Shown in pieces: positions 8,554 through 21,608 of a stretch of DNA of 64,000 nucleotides; positions within the stretch are counted from its first letter, which is position 1; each line of letters begins with the position of its first letter. A program made the position numbers and the translations under genes. The stretch covers positions 1 through 64,000 of the forward strand of contig JBBQZX010000027.1 in the NCBI GenBank assembly GCA_038207335.1, in the 5' to 3' direction. This stretch comes from Chthoniobacterales bacterium. GTDB taxonomy: Bacteria; Verrucomicrobiota; Verrucomicrobiia; Chthoniobacterales; Chthoniobacteraceae. The notes under the pieces were generated by a model. It was not told the DNA's origin. It was given only the letters and a program-made list of their open reading frames with translations, and did no database searches.

Positions 8554-10634
8554 AAAACATCCGCCGCGACTTCACCTCCGATCGAGTGTGCATCCTCACA
8601 TTCGATCGTCCTGGTTCTTCCGCCAATATCTTCGACCGCGACACGCTCGACGAACTCGACGCGCATCTCAGCCAACTCGGCGACGCGCGCGGGCTCATCA
8701 TCACGAGCGCGAAAGACTCGATTTTCATCGCGGGAGCCGACCTCCATTCGATCCAGAAAATGAGCGCGGGCGAGCTGCGCACTTTCATCGAGTTCGGCCA
8801 GATCGTCTTCAATAGGATCGCCGCGCTACCCATTCCCACAGTCGCCGCGGTGCATGGAGTCGCGCCCGGCGGCGGCTACGAAATCTGTCTGGCGTGCGAC
8901 TGGCGCATCGCCTCACCCGACCGCGTGACGAAGCTCGGCCTGCCCGAGACGCAGCTCGGCATCCTCCCGGCCTGGGGCGGCTGCACGCGGCTGCCGCGGC
9001 TCATCGGTGTGCCGGCTGCGCTGGACATCATCCTCGCAGGGAAAACCGTCGCCGCGAAACATGCGCTGAAGCTCGGAATGATCGACGAAATCGCGCCCCG
9101 TGAATCGCTCGTCGCGGTCGCGGAAAAGTGGCTGGAACGCGGCAAGCGGCACGCGAGCCTTTCGCACTCCGCGCCGGTCAATGCGGTGCTCGATACGGTC
9201 ATCGGATTAAAAGCACGCGCCGACGTCTTGAAACGAACGCGCGGGCATTATCCAGCAGTGGAAAAAGCGCTGGAAGTCGTGCTTGCAGGCGCATCCGCAT
9301 GGCACGAAGCCGACTCGCTGGCGCGCGAGCGTGAGGCGATCAGCGATCTCGTCACGCTGGACTCGACGAAAAACCTCCTGCGCCTCTTCGTTCAGCAGGG
9401 GCGGGCGAAGAAGCGGAAGCTCGAGCCCGTTTCCGGTGTGGCGGTTTCTCCCGTCGCGCAATGCGCGGTCATAGGTGCGGGGATCATGGGCTCGGGCATC
9501 GCCCAGTGGCTCAGTGCGCGCGGCCTCGGCACGATCCTGCGCGACATCGATGCCGCGCGCGTGGCAGCGGGAATGGCGAATGTTTCCAAGCTCTACGCCG
9601 ACAGCGTGAAGCATCGCGTCTTCACCGCGAACGAGGCGCGCATAGGCTTCGAGCGCATCTCGCCTGCCGCGACCGAGGTGCCGCTGACAAACACCGACAT
9701 CGTGATCGAGGCGGCTTCGGAAAAGATGGAGATCAAGAAATCGATCTTTCGCCGGCTGGATGAAATCACGTGCGAAGACGCGATCCTCGCGACGAACACC
9801 TCCGCGCTTGCCGTCAGCGAACTCGCCGCCGCGACCAAGCATCCGGGTCGCGTGATCGGCCTGCATTTCTTCAACCCGGTCCATAAAATGCAGCTCGTCG
9901 AGGTGGTGCGCGGCACCCAAACGAGTCCCCACGTGATCGAGCGTGCGCTGAAATTCGTGCAGAAAATCGGCAAGCTGCCGGTACTCGTGCAGGACAGCCC
10001 CGGCTTCCTCGTGAACCGCATTTTGCTGCCCTACATGATTGAGGCCGGGCTGCTTTTCGAGGAGGGCGTGCACATCGAGGAGATCGACGGCGCAATGCTC
10101 GATTTCGGAATGCCGATGGGTCCGCTGCGGCTGATCGACGAGGTCGGGGTGGACATCTCCGAAGACGTGGCGAAGACACTCACCGAGGCGTTTCCCGCCA
10201 GGATGCGGGTGCCGGCAATCCTGCCGCAGATGATGACCGCGGGCCTGCTCGGCCGCAAAGTCGGCAAAGGCTTTTACATCCACAGAAAGGGCGATGACCC
10301 GCAGGTGAATCTCGGTGCCATCGCGCTGCGAAGCGGTTCCCGCACAGCGTTCGCGCGCGAGACGCTCCAGCAGCGAATGGTTCTGCTGATGGTCAACGAG
10401 GCCGCGCGCTGCCTCGAAGAAAAGCTCGTCGAGACGCCCGACGACATCGACTTCGCGATGGTGATGGGCACGGGCTTCGCGCCATTTCGCGGTGGCCCGC
10501 TGGGGTATGCCGACAGCGTCGGTACGCAGCAGATCGCCGCGCAACTCACGTATCTGGCGGAGAAAGTGGGGCCGCGTTTCGCGCCGTGCGAGCTGCTGCG
10601 AAAAATGAACGGCGCTTTATTTTATGAGAGGTGA
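8550..10634 (+). CDS. fadJ: Fatty acid oxidation complex alpha subunit (enoyl-CoA hydratase/3-hydroxyacyl-CoA dehydrogenase)
   Basis: Crotonase motifs AGAD, GGGYE, LPETQLGILP; dehydrogenase motifs GAGIMGSGI, TNTS, HFFNP, PMGP. Confidence 0.92.
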   Translation: MKNIRRDFTSDRVCILTFDRPGSSANIFDRDTLDELDAHLSQLGDARGLIITSAKDSIFIAGADLHSIQKMSAGELRTFIEFGQIVFNRIAALPIPTVAAVHGVAPGGGYEICLACDWRIASPDRVTKLGLPETQLGILPAWGGCTRLPRLIGVPAALDIILAGKTVAAKHALKLGMIDEIAPRESLVAVAEKWLERGKRHASLSHSAPVNAVLDTVIGLKARADVLKRTRGHYPAVEKALEVVLAGASAWHEADSLAREREAISDLVTLDSTKNLLRLFVQQGRAKKRKLEPVSGVAVSPVAQCAVIGAGIMGSGIAQWLSARGLGTILRDIDAARVAAGMANVSKLYADSVKHRVFTANEARIGFERISPAATEVPLTNTDIVIEAASEKMEIKKSIFRRLDEITCEDAILATNTSALAVSELAAATKHPGRVIGLHFFNPVHKMQLVEVVRGTQTSPHVIERALKFVQKIGKLPVLVQDSPGFLVNRILLPYMIEAGLLFEEGVHIEEIDGAMLDFGMPMGPLRLIDEVGVDISEDVAKTLTEAFPARMRVPAILPQMMTAGLLGRKVGKGFYIHRKGDDPQVNLGAIALRSGSRTAFARETLQQRMVLLMVNEAARCLEEKLVETPDDIDFAMVMGTGFAPFRGGPLGYADSVGTQQIAAQLTYLAEKVGPRFAPCELLRKMNGALFYER

Positions 10635-10676
10635 GGGTGCGCTACCCGGAGCTTCAGACTCGCGCAGCCTGATTTT

Positions 10677-12578
10677 ATGAAGACACAAACCGAAGACTCC
10701 GCACCTGCGATCGATACCTCCAAGATGTCGCCGGAGCAGCGCGCAGCTCTGGAACTCACGGAGGCAGCGCGCGAGGCGACCGATGCGGAGCGCGGCTTTT
10801 GCGGCGGGCTTTTCATGGGGCAATTCCATCTCGACGCGCTTCATCCTTTTCCCCGGCAGACCGCGGAGGCGCGCGACCAGGGCGATGCATTCCTCGCGCG
10901 ACTCGGCACTTTTTTGCGCGAGCGCGTCGATCCCGATGAGATCGATCGCACGGGCGAAATCCCGCAGGAAGTCTTCGACGGGGTCGCGAAGCTCGGAGCG
11001 TTCGGCATCAAGATCGCGACCGAATATGGCGGGCTCGGACTTTCACAAACGAACTACTGCCGCGCGGCGATGCTGCTCGGCAGCCACTGCGCGAATCTCA
11101 CGGCGCTCGTCTCAGCGCACCAGTCAATCGGCGTGCCGCAGCCGCTGATTTTGTTCGGCACGGAGGAGCAAAAGCGGCGCTTTCTGCCGCGCGTGGCTGG
11201 CGGGGAAATCTCGGCATTTGCGCTGACCGAGCCACGCGTCGGCAGTGATCCCGCAAAGATGGAAACGCACGCGGAGCCGACGGAAGACGGGCGGCATTTC
11301 GTCATCAATGGCGAGAAGCTGTGGTGCACGAATGGGATCAAGGCGGGCGTGCTCGTGGTGATGGCGAAGACGCCGAGCAAAAACGGGCGCAACCAGATCA
11401 CGGCGTTCATCGTGAACACCGACACGCCGGGCGTGGAGATCGTGCGGCGCTGCCGTTTCATGGGGCTGAAGGCGCTCTACAATGCGGTCGTGCGGTTCAC
11501 CGAGGTTAAGGTGCCGGTGGAGAATATTTTGCTCGCGGAGGGCAAGGGCTTGCGGGTCGCGCTTACCACGCTTAACACGGGCCGGCTCACGCTCCCGGCG
11601 GGCTGCACGGGGTTGTCGAAACGCTGCCTCGAAATTGTGCGGAAATGGGCGGGCTCGCGGGTGCAGTGGGGCGCGCCGATCGGCCAGCACGCAGCGATCG
11701 CGGAGAAAATCGCGAAGATCGCCGCGGAGACGTTTGCGATGGAATCGATGACGCTTTTTGCCGCCAGCATCGTCGATCGTGACAAGAAAGCGGACGTCCG
11801 GCTCGAGGCCGCGATGTGCAAACTGTGGGCGAGCGAGCGGTCGTGGGAGCACATCGACGCCACGATGCAAATCCGCGGCGGACGCGGCTACGAGACCTCG
11901 CAATCACTCGCTGCGCGCGGCGAGGAGCCGATCCCGGTCGAGCGGCTTTTCCGCGACTCGCGGATCAATACGATCTTCGAGGGTTCGAGCGAAATCATGC
12001 GGCTTTTCATCGCGCGAGAGGCGCTCGATCCGCATTTGAAAATCGGCGCGCCGGTGCTCAACACTCAGCTCCCGCGCGATGTGCGTCTGCGGGCGGTAGT
12101 GAGTTCGGCAAAATTTTACGCAACGTGGTATCCGCGGCAGTGGCTCGGAGGCAGCACCGGAGGCGGATTGCGCGCTCCGCTGCGGGGGCACGTCCGTTAC
12201 GCTGCGCGGACTGCGCGGAGGCTGGCGCGCAGGCTTTTTCATGCGATGGCGCGCTTCGGTCCGAAGCTCGAACGCGAGCAGGTTTTGCTGGGGCGTTTCG
12301 TCGATCTCGGGACGGAAATCTTCGCGATCACGGCGACCTGCGCCCGCGCAGAGAGCCTCGCGACGCCAGAGTCCACGGCGCTCGCGGACTACTTCTGCAA
12401 GCGCGCGCGCCTGCGAATCGACGAGCTTTTCACCGGGATCGGAAGCAACGCCGACCGCGCGGGATACCGCGTGGCACAGGCCGTTCTCGCGGGAGAGCAC
12501 GAATGGGTGGAGGGCGGCATTCTCGATTCGTCGCTCGCAGGGACGTCGGCGGAAGGCGCGGGGTCCGTGTCTGGGTAG
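10677..12578 (+). CDS. Acyl-CoA dehydrogenase (long, VLCAD-like)
   Basis: FALTEP.VGSD, NGEKLWCTNG, GGRGY, IFEGSSEI. Confidence 0.92.
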   Translation: MKTQTEDSAPAIDTSKMSPEQRAALELTEAAREATDAERGFCGGLFMGQFHLDALHPFPRQTAEARDQGDAFLARLGTFLRERVDPDEIDRTGEIPQEVFDGVAKLGAFGIKIATEYGGLGLSQTNYCRAAMLLGSHCANLTALVSAHQSIGVPQPLILFGTEEQKRRFLPRVAGGEISAFALTEPRVGSDPAKMETHAEPTEDGRHFVINGEKLWCTNGIKAGVLVVMAKTPSKNGRNQITAFIVNTDTPGVEIVRRCRFMGLKALYNAVVRFTEVKVPVENILLAEGKGLRVALTTLNTGRLTLPAGCTGLSKRCLEIVRKWAGSRVQWGAPIGQHAAIAEKIAKIAAETFAMESMTLFAASIVDRDKKADVRLEAAMCKLWASERSWEHIDATMQIRGGRGYETSQSLAARGEEPIPVERLFRDSRINTIFEGSSEIMRLFIAREALDPHLKIGAPVLNTQLPRDVRLRAVVSSAKFYATWYPRQWLGGSTGGGLRAPLRGHVRYAARTARRLARRLFHAMARFGPKLEREQVLLGRFVDLGTEIFAITATCARAESLATPESTALADYFCKRARLRIDELFTGIGSNADRAGYRVAQAVLAGEHEWVEGGILDSSLAGTSAEGAGSVSG

Positions 12579-12740
12579 CGAAGCCGCCGCGGGAGCTGTG
12601 CGAACCCAGCAAACTGTGCCGTCGTGGCGCGACTGTGTGTCTCAAGGTGTGCCAAAATCCGGTCGGTGTCGCACGGTCTGCTCTGACGCTTGTTGGCTTA
12701 TGTTGCTTGTAATCAGTCGAATATGACAGATCAAAGTGAG

Positions 12741-12756
12741 AGGCGTGGCGGCTGCT
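12741..12756 (+). promoter_or_regulatory. Possible sigma-54-type -24/-12 promoter of dnaK
   Basis: AGGCGTGGCGGCTGCT has exact GG-N10-GC spacing about 35 nt upstream of the dnaK ATG; imperfect match to TGGCACG-N4-TTGC. Confidence 0.35.
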
Positions 12757-12789
12757 GATAGATCGCTCCCACATTTTCGACACACAATT

Positions 12790-14730
<1,941 letters not shown>

Positions 14731-14833
14731 GTCGCGAGACCTAACACTTTACCGACCCAAAACGCTGGCTCACGCCGGCGCGCGGCGTCTCAGTAAAACC
14801 AAACAAAGTAACCAACAGAAAAAAACACATACA

Positions 14834-15127
14834 ATGGCAGTCAACGTTCGTCCCCTCGGGGACCGGGTTCTTGTCAAACCCATCGAAGCTTCAGAGACAA
14901 AAAAAGGCGGTATCATCATTCCTGATACTGCGAAAGAAAAGCCACAGGAAGGCGAAGTCGTCGCACTCGGCACCGGCAAGCGTGATGAAGACGGCAAACT
15001 CATCGAGTTCACCGTCAAAAAGGGCAACAAAGTCCTCATCCCGAAATACGGCGGAACCGATATCAAAATCGACGATGAGACCTATCTTATCATGCGCGAA
15101 GACGACATCCTCGGAATCGTCGGCTAA
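14834..15127 (+). CDS. groES: Co-chaperonin GroES
   Basis: PLGDRVLV...[16 protein letters not shown]. Confidence 0.99.
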   Translation: MAVNVRPLGDRVLVKPIEASETKKGGIIIPDTAKEKPQEGEVVALGTGKRDEDGKLIEFTVKKGNKVLIPKYGGTDIKIDDETYLIMREDDILGIVG

Positions 15128-15157
15128 ACCAGCAACCTTCACCTCAACTACTACTAA

Positions 15158-16813
<1,656 letters not shown>

Positions 16814-16850
16814 AGTCCCTCGTTCAGCTAGAAGCTGAAACAATCAACAG

Positions 16851-16886
16851 CAGCCGGACTCAGCAATGGGTCCGGCTGTTTTGTTT
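16851..16886 (+). terminator. Rho-independent terminator of dnaK-groESL
   Basis: CAGCCGGACTCA-gcaa-TGGGTCCGGCTG followed by TTTTGTTT. Confidence 0.8.
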
Positions 16887-16998
16887 GCGCCCGTCGGTAT
16901 GGGGGTTCGGGGGAGGGGAAGGTCGGAGGGGTTTGCGAAGAACGTCGGTGCGGCGTTTGATGAGGGGAACGGGGGGGTGCGATGCTGTGTGAGGCACG

Positions 16999-17145
16999 GT
17001 GGATGAAGCTCGGAGTGGGATGGACTGTGGGTTGCCGATCATTCACCGTGATTTGGGCATGGTTGATCGTTCTCGGGGGATCATGAATGATCCTTTTTGC
17101 ATCATTGACCTACCAACTTGGTCAATTGATTGTCGATTTAGGATC
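16999..17145. repeat. Degenerate 21-bp tandem repeat array (7 clear units)
   Basis: Units begin RTK(G/C/A)AY at 16999, 17020, 17041, 17062, 17083, 17104 and 17125; five of them end in ATC/ATG. Confidence 0.6.
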
Positions 17146-17423
17146 AATCCGGACAAACGTCTCTGTGGGGAGGGTGGTTTGGGGGCTGAAGGTGTTGCTT
17201 TTTGATCTGTCGCAGGGGTTCGGAAGGCGGAGGTGCGCGATCTTAGGCAGAAGAACGCAAGGCTTGGGTGCCGGGGCGTCGTGGTCCGCATCACTAAGAA
17301 ACCACGGGCTCGGGGACTCTTCTGGGACTCGAAACGCGTTGCGCGTCTGAGATCTTCGGATACTCCTACACGCCCGATTTTCGACACGACTCCCACGCAG
17401 GCCCGCAAGCTCCCGCTTTTTTC

Positions 17424-18083
17424 ATGAATTTCCGACTTTCGATCCCATCGTCCGCGCTGGTTTTGGCGCTGTTTTGTGGCGGGTGCAGGCGGCAGGAGGT
17501 GCGGGTTTACACGGCGCCGAAGGATGTGGAGGTGCCGATGACGGCGGCGGCCGATGAGCACGCGGGGCATGGGGAGGGGGAGCATCCGGCGGAGTCTCCG
17601 GTGCCGAGTGCGGAGCGGCCGCATCCGAAGCTGGCGTGGACGCTGCCGGCGGGTTGGGAGGAGACGGCGCCGGGGCAGATGAGTCTGGCGCAGTTTCAGA
17701 TCAAAGCGCCGAGCGGGCAGGCGACGGTGAATATTACTCCGCTGCCGAATCTGGCGGGGAAGGAGGCGATGGTGGTGAATATGTGGCGGCAGCAGGTGGG
17801 ACAGCCACCGCTGGCGGATGCGGATGTGGTGGGTGCGTTATCGCCGGTGTCGGTGGCGGAGGGGAAGGGGCAGCTTTTCGAGATCGCGGGGGATAAGGAG
17901 GGGGCGCCGACGCGGATCGTGACGGCGATGCTGAATCGGCCGGACGGGAGTTGGTTTTTTAAGTTGTCGGGGGGTGAGGCGGCTGTGGTTGCGCAGAAGC
18001 CGTCTTTCCTCGACTTTCTCAAGTCCGTCCGCATCGGCGCGCCTCCGGGTCCGGTGCCTTCGGACGAAACCAAGCCTCAATGA
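17424..18083 (+). CDS. Hypothetical lipoprotein, first gene of the cytochrome c biogenesis cluster
   Basis: Lipobox-like LFCGGC, His-rich linker, WTLPAGW...VNMWRQQVG...SWFFKLSG; ATGA overlap with the resB-like gene. Confidence 0.75.
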   Translation: MNFRLSIPSSALVLALFCGGCRRQEVRVYTAPKDVEVPMTAAADEHAGHGEGEHPAESPVPSAERPHPKLAWTLPAGWEETAPGQMSLAQFQIKAPSGQATVNITPLPNLAGKEAMVVNMWRQQVGQPPLADADVVGALSPVSVAEGKGQLFEIAGDKEGAPTRIVTAMLNRPDGSWFFKLSGGEAAVVAQKPSFLDFLKSVRIGAPPGPVPSDETKPQ

Positions 18084-19573
18084 ATCACCCGATCTGGAAA
18101 TTTTTTACGTCGCTTCGGCTGACGGTGGTGTGTCTGGCGTTTGGGATCGTGCTGGTGTTCATCGGGACGGTGGCGCAGGCGGATGAGGGGCTGTATCAGG
18201 CGCAGGCGCGTTATTTTAAGCAGTGGTTCGTGTGGATGCCGACGATGTTTGGGCACCGGCTGCCGCTGGCGCTGCCGGGTGGGTATTTGATCGGGACGGT
18301 GCTGCTGGTGAATTTGGCGGCGGCGCATTACAAGCGGTTTGTCTGGAGCTCGAAGAAGGTGGGGATTCATCTGACGCATCTCGGGATCGTGGTGCTGCTG
18401 GTGGGGCAGCTCTCGACGGATATGCTTTCGCGCGAGAGTCATCTGCGGCTGCGGGAGGGGGAGACTCGGAATTACACGGAGAGTCACCGGGAGCATGAAC
18501 TGGTGTTTTTAACGGATGGGACGCAGCCGGGGACGGATGAGGTGGTGTCGATCCCGGAGTCGATGGTGGCGAAGAAGGGGGAGATCGCGAATGACAAGCT
18601 GCCTTTCGCGGTGCGAGTGCGGACGTATGAGACGAATGGCGAGGTGCTTTCGCGGGCGAAAGTGGTGGATTCGGCGGGGAAGCTGGGGACGGCATTGGCG
18701 ACGGTGCAGGGGCAATTTTCGAGCGTAGAAGGGCTGGTGCCGCAGGCGGAGCGCGCGGTGGAAAGTGAGGGGCGCGCGAGTGTGTGGCGCGATGCGCTGG
18801 CTGCGGTCGGGGAGAAGGACACGGCGGATCTCGTCGCGGCGGCGAAGCGCGTGGCGGCTCAGCCGGAGCGCGAGGGGAAATTGCGTGCAGAACTGGTGGC
18901 GCGGTTTCAGCGGGAGATGCTGACGCGTTTCAAGCAGCAGGGTGGCGCGATGCAGGTGGCGGCGGAGCATTTGGAAAAGAAGGAACCGGTGACGACGGAG
19001 GCGTTCCCGGTGCTCGCGGAGAGCGGGTCGGGCCCGCTGGTCGTGGCGCTGCCGCAGCCGGAGTCGAAGGAGATGGACGCGGCGAATACCCCGTACGCGG
19101 TGGTGGAGCCGATCCAAGCGGGGAAGAGCCTCGGAAGCTGGATCGTGTCGCCGTGGCTGGACCCGCAGGAGATCGAGGTGGGAGGGAAGACGTGGCGCGT
19201 AGCGATGAGGTCGGAGCGGACGTATCAGCCGTTTTCAGTGAAGCTGCTGAAGGCGACGCACGAAGTTTATCGCGGGACGGAAATCCCGAAGAATTTCCAG
19301 AGCCGCGTGCGGATCGAGAATGCGTCGCGCGGGGAGAACCGGGAGGTGGATATCTACATGAACAACCCGCTGCGATACGCGGGGCTCACTTTTTTCCAAT
19401 ATCAGATGGGCGCGGATGAGCGGGACGCGAGCATCGGGACGAGCACGCTACAGGTGGTGCGGAATCCGAGCTGGCTGACGCCGTATCTCGGCTGCGCGCT
19501 GGTGGCGCTGGGGATGGTATGGCAGTTTTTGTATCACCTCGTGGGGTTCATCAAGAAACGGAGAACTGTATGA
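18080..19573 (+). CDS. resB: Cytochrome c biogenesis protein ResB/CcsB (system II)
   Basis: FFTSLRLTV, GIHLTHLG (conserved His), PKNFQSRV, MNNPLRYAGLTFFQ, C-terminal TM helix. Confidence 0.85.
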   Translation: MNHPIWKFFTSLRLTVVCLAFGIVLVFIGTVAQADEGLYQAQARYFKQWFVWMPTMFGHRLPLALPGGYLIGTVLLVNLAAAHYKRFVWSSKKVGIHLTHLGIVVLLVGQLSTDMLSRESHLRLREGETRNYTESHREHELVFLTDGTQPGTDEVVSIPESMVAKKGEIANDKLPFAVRVRTYETNGEVLSRAKVVDSAGKLGTALATVQGQFSSVEGLVPQAERAVESEGRASVWRDALAAVGEKDTADLVAAAKRVAAQPEREGKLRAELVARFQREMLTRFKQQGGAMQVAAEHLEKKEPVTTEAFPVLAESGSGPLVVALPQPESKEMDAANTPYAVVEPIQAGKSLGSWIVSPWLDPQEIEVGGKTWRVAMRSERTYQPFSVKLLKATHEVYRGTEIPKNFQSRVRIENASRGENREVDIYMNNPLRYAGLTFFQYQMGADERDASIGTSTLQVVRNPSWLTPYLGCALVALGMVWQFLYHLVGFIKKRRTV

Positions 19574-21603
19574 AAAAGTGGATTCCTCTCATCTTCGCCG
19601 CCGTGTTCGCGGCTTGGGTCGTCGCCGGGCTGCGCGCTCCGAGGGATAAGGCGGGCGAGTTCGCTTCGCAGGAGTTTGGCCGCCTGCCGATCGTGGCGAA
19701 TGGGCGGTATCAACCGCTGGATTCGCTGGCGCGAAATTCCCTGCTGCAGCTTCGAGAAAAGCAGACGGCAAATCTTGAGCCGTGGAAGGACAACTCCGCG
19801 CATCCGAAGATCATCCCGGCGATCGACTGGCTCATGGCGATGCTGATGAATCCAGAGCTGGCGGATACTTGGCCTGTCATTCGAATCGATCATCCCGAAC
19901 TCGTCGGTTTGCTCGCGCTGCCGGGTGGCGCGGATGCGGAGAAGCAGACAGATGGGAAGCATTTTTCCTGGAACGCGATGAAGGAGAAGATCGGCGTGCT
20001 AATGGATGAGTCGCGGCGCGCGGGGAAGATCGACTCGTCGAAGCGGACGCCTTACGAGCAGGCCGTCATCCGGCTTGCGACGACGATCGGGAATTACGCG
20101 CGGCTGCAAAATGCAATGGAGCCGCATCCGTCGATCGTGACTGCGCTGCTGAAAAGCGACCCGAGCCAGAATGCGCAGATGTTTCTAAAGCTGGTCGATG
20201 AGACGCACCCGCCGGACGTGAAGGACTGGCGCGCTGAGCTGGCAAAATTCCGCGAGAACCGCGAGCGGGAGCTGGCGGCGTTTGAGAATGCGCAGGGCAA
20301 GCGGCCGTTCGATGAAGCGGCGTTTGATTCGTTCAAGCAGAACATGGTGCGCTTCGAGGCGATGGGGATGGAGGGCCAGCCGATGCTGATCCCGCCTGCG
20401 ACCGCGGGTGATGACGGCAAGGATGGTTGGCAGCGCACGGGCGATGCGCTGATGGCGGCGGCGCAGCATGCGGATCCGGGAACGCCGGTGCCGCCCGCGC
20501 TCGGATATTACGCGGACATGGCGACGGCGTATCGGGAGGGGCAGCCGGAAGCTTTTAACGCGGCGCTGGAGCGGTTTCGCGGGGTGCTTTCGACGCAGTT
20601 CGAGCCGCAGCTGAAGAAGGGCGCACGCGAGCAGTTCTTCAACGCGTTCGAGCCTTTCTACAAAGCGATGGTGATCTACGTGACGGCGTTTCTGTGCGCG
20701 ATCGTGTTTTGGTTTGCGCCGCTTCGCTTCGAGTGGCTGCGGCGCAGCGCGGTGTGGCTCGTGGTCGTGGCACTCGTCGTCCACACGAGCGGCTTGCTTT
20801 TCCGCATGACTCTGGAGGGCCGCCCTCCGGTGACGAATCTCTACTCGTCCGCGATCTTCATCGGCTGGGGCGCGTGCATCCTCGGGCTCGTGCTGGAGCG
20901 CTTTTGGCGCAACTCCATCGGCGTCGTGGTTTCGAGCGTGATTGGCTTTCTCACGCTGATCATCGCGCATCATCTTTCGCTCAGCGGCGACACGATGGAA
21001 ATGATGCGCGCGGTGCTCGACACGAATTTCTGGCTCGCGACGCACGTCGTCGTCGTGACGCTCGGATACGCGTCAACATTCGTCGCCGGGTTCCTCGCGA
21101 TGATCTACATTTTGCGCGGCGTCTTCACGAAGTCGCTCGACGCGGCGACGGCGAAATCGCTCGCGAAAATGGTCTATGGCATCGTGTGTTTTGCCACGCT
21201 GTTTTCATTCGTCGGCACCGTGCTCGGCGGCATCTGGGCGGATCAAAGCTGGGGCCGTTTCTGGGGCTGGGACCCGAAGGAAAACGGCGCGCTGATCATT
21301 GTTCTTTGGAATGCGCTGATCCTGCACGCGCGCTGGGGCGGCATGGTGCGCGAGCGCGGGCTGATGAATCTGGCGATCGTCGGCAACATCGTCACGAGCT
21401 GGTCGTGGTTCGGCGTGAACATGCTGGGGATCGGCCTGCACGCTTACGGATTCATGGACGCGGCGTTTCACTGGCTGCTCTTTTTCGTCTGCACGCAGCT
21501 CCTTTTCATCCTGCTCGGCTCGCTGCCGCAGCGGCTCTGGCGCAGCTTTTCAAAAGACGTAAGCACTCCGAAATCGGGCGGTCTGCTGCCGGTCAGCGCT
21601 TAG
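19570..21603 (+). CDS. ccsA: Cytochrome c biogenesis protein CcsA (system II) with large N-terminal soluble domain
   Basis: WWD motif WGRFWGWDPKE, WLATH, GLHAYG. Confidence 0.92.
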   Translation: MKKWIPLIFAAVFAAWVVAGLRAPRDKAGEFASQEFGRLPIVANGRYQPLDSLARNSLLQLREKQTANLEPWKDNSAHPKIIPAIDWLMAMLMNPELADTWPVIRIDHPELVGLLALPGGADAEKQTDGKHFSWNAMKEKIGVLMDESRRAGKIDSSKRTPYEQAVIRLATTIGNYARLQNAMEPHPSIVTALLKSDPSQNAQMFLKLVDETHPPDVKDWRAELAKFRENRERELAAFENAQGKRPFDEAAFDSFKQNMVRFEAMGMEGQPMLIPPATAGDDGKDGWQRTGDALMAAAQHADPGTPVPPALGYYADMATAYREGQPEAFNAALERFRGVLSTQFEPQLKKGAREQFFNAFEPFYKAMVIYVTAFLCAIVFWFAPLRFEWLRRSAVWLVVVALVVHTSGLLFRMTLEGRPPVTNLYSSAIFIGWGACILGLVLERFWRNSIGVVVSSVIGFLTLIIAHHLSLSGDTMEMMRAVLDTNFWLATHVVVVTLGYASTFVAGFLAMIYILRGVFTKSLDAATAKSLAKMVYGIVCFATLFSFVGTVLGGIWADQSWGRFWGWDPKENGALIIVLWNALILHARWGGMVRERGLMNLAIVGNIVTSWSWFGVNMLGIGLHAYGFMDAAFHWLLFFVCTQLLFILLGSLPQRLWRSFSKDVSTPKSGGLLPVSA

Positions 21604-21608
21604 CGGAA

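Noticed and set aside
16999..17145. Possible CRISPR array
   Set aside because: The period is only 21 bp, there are no identical 23-47 bp repeats with unique spacers, and no cas genes are present.
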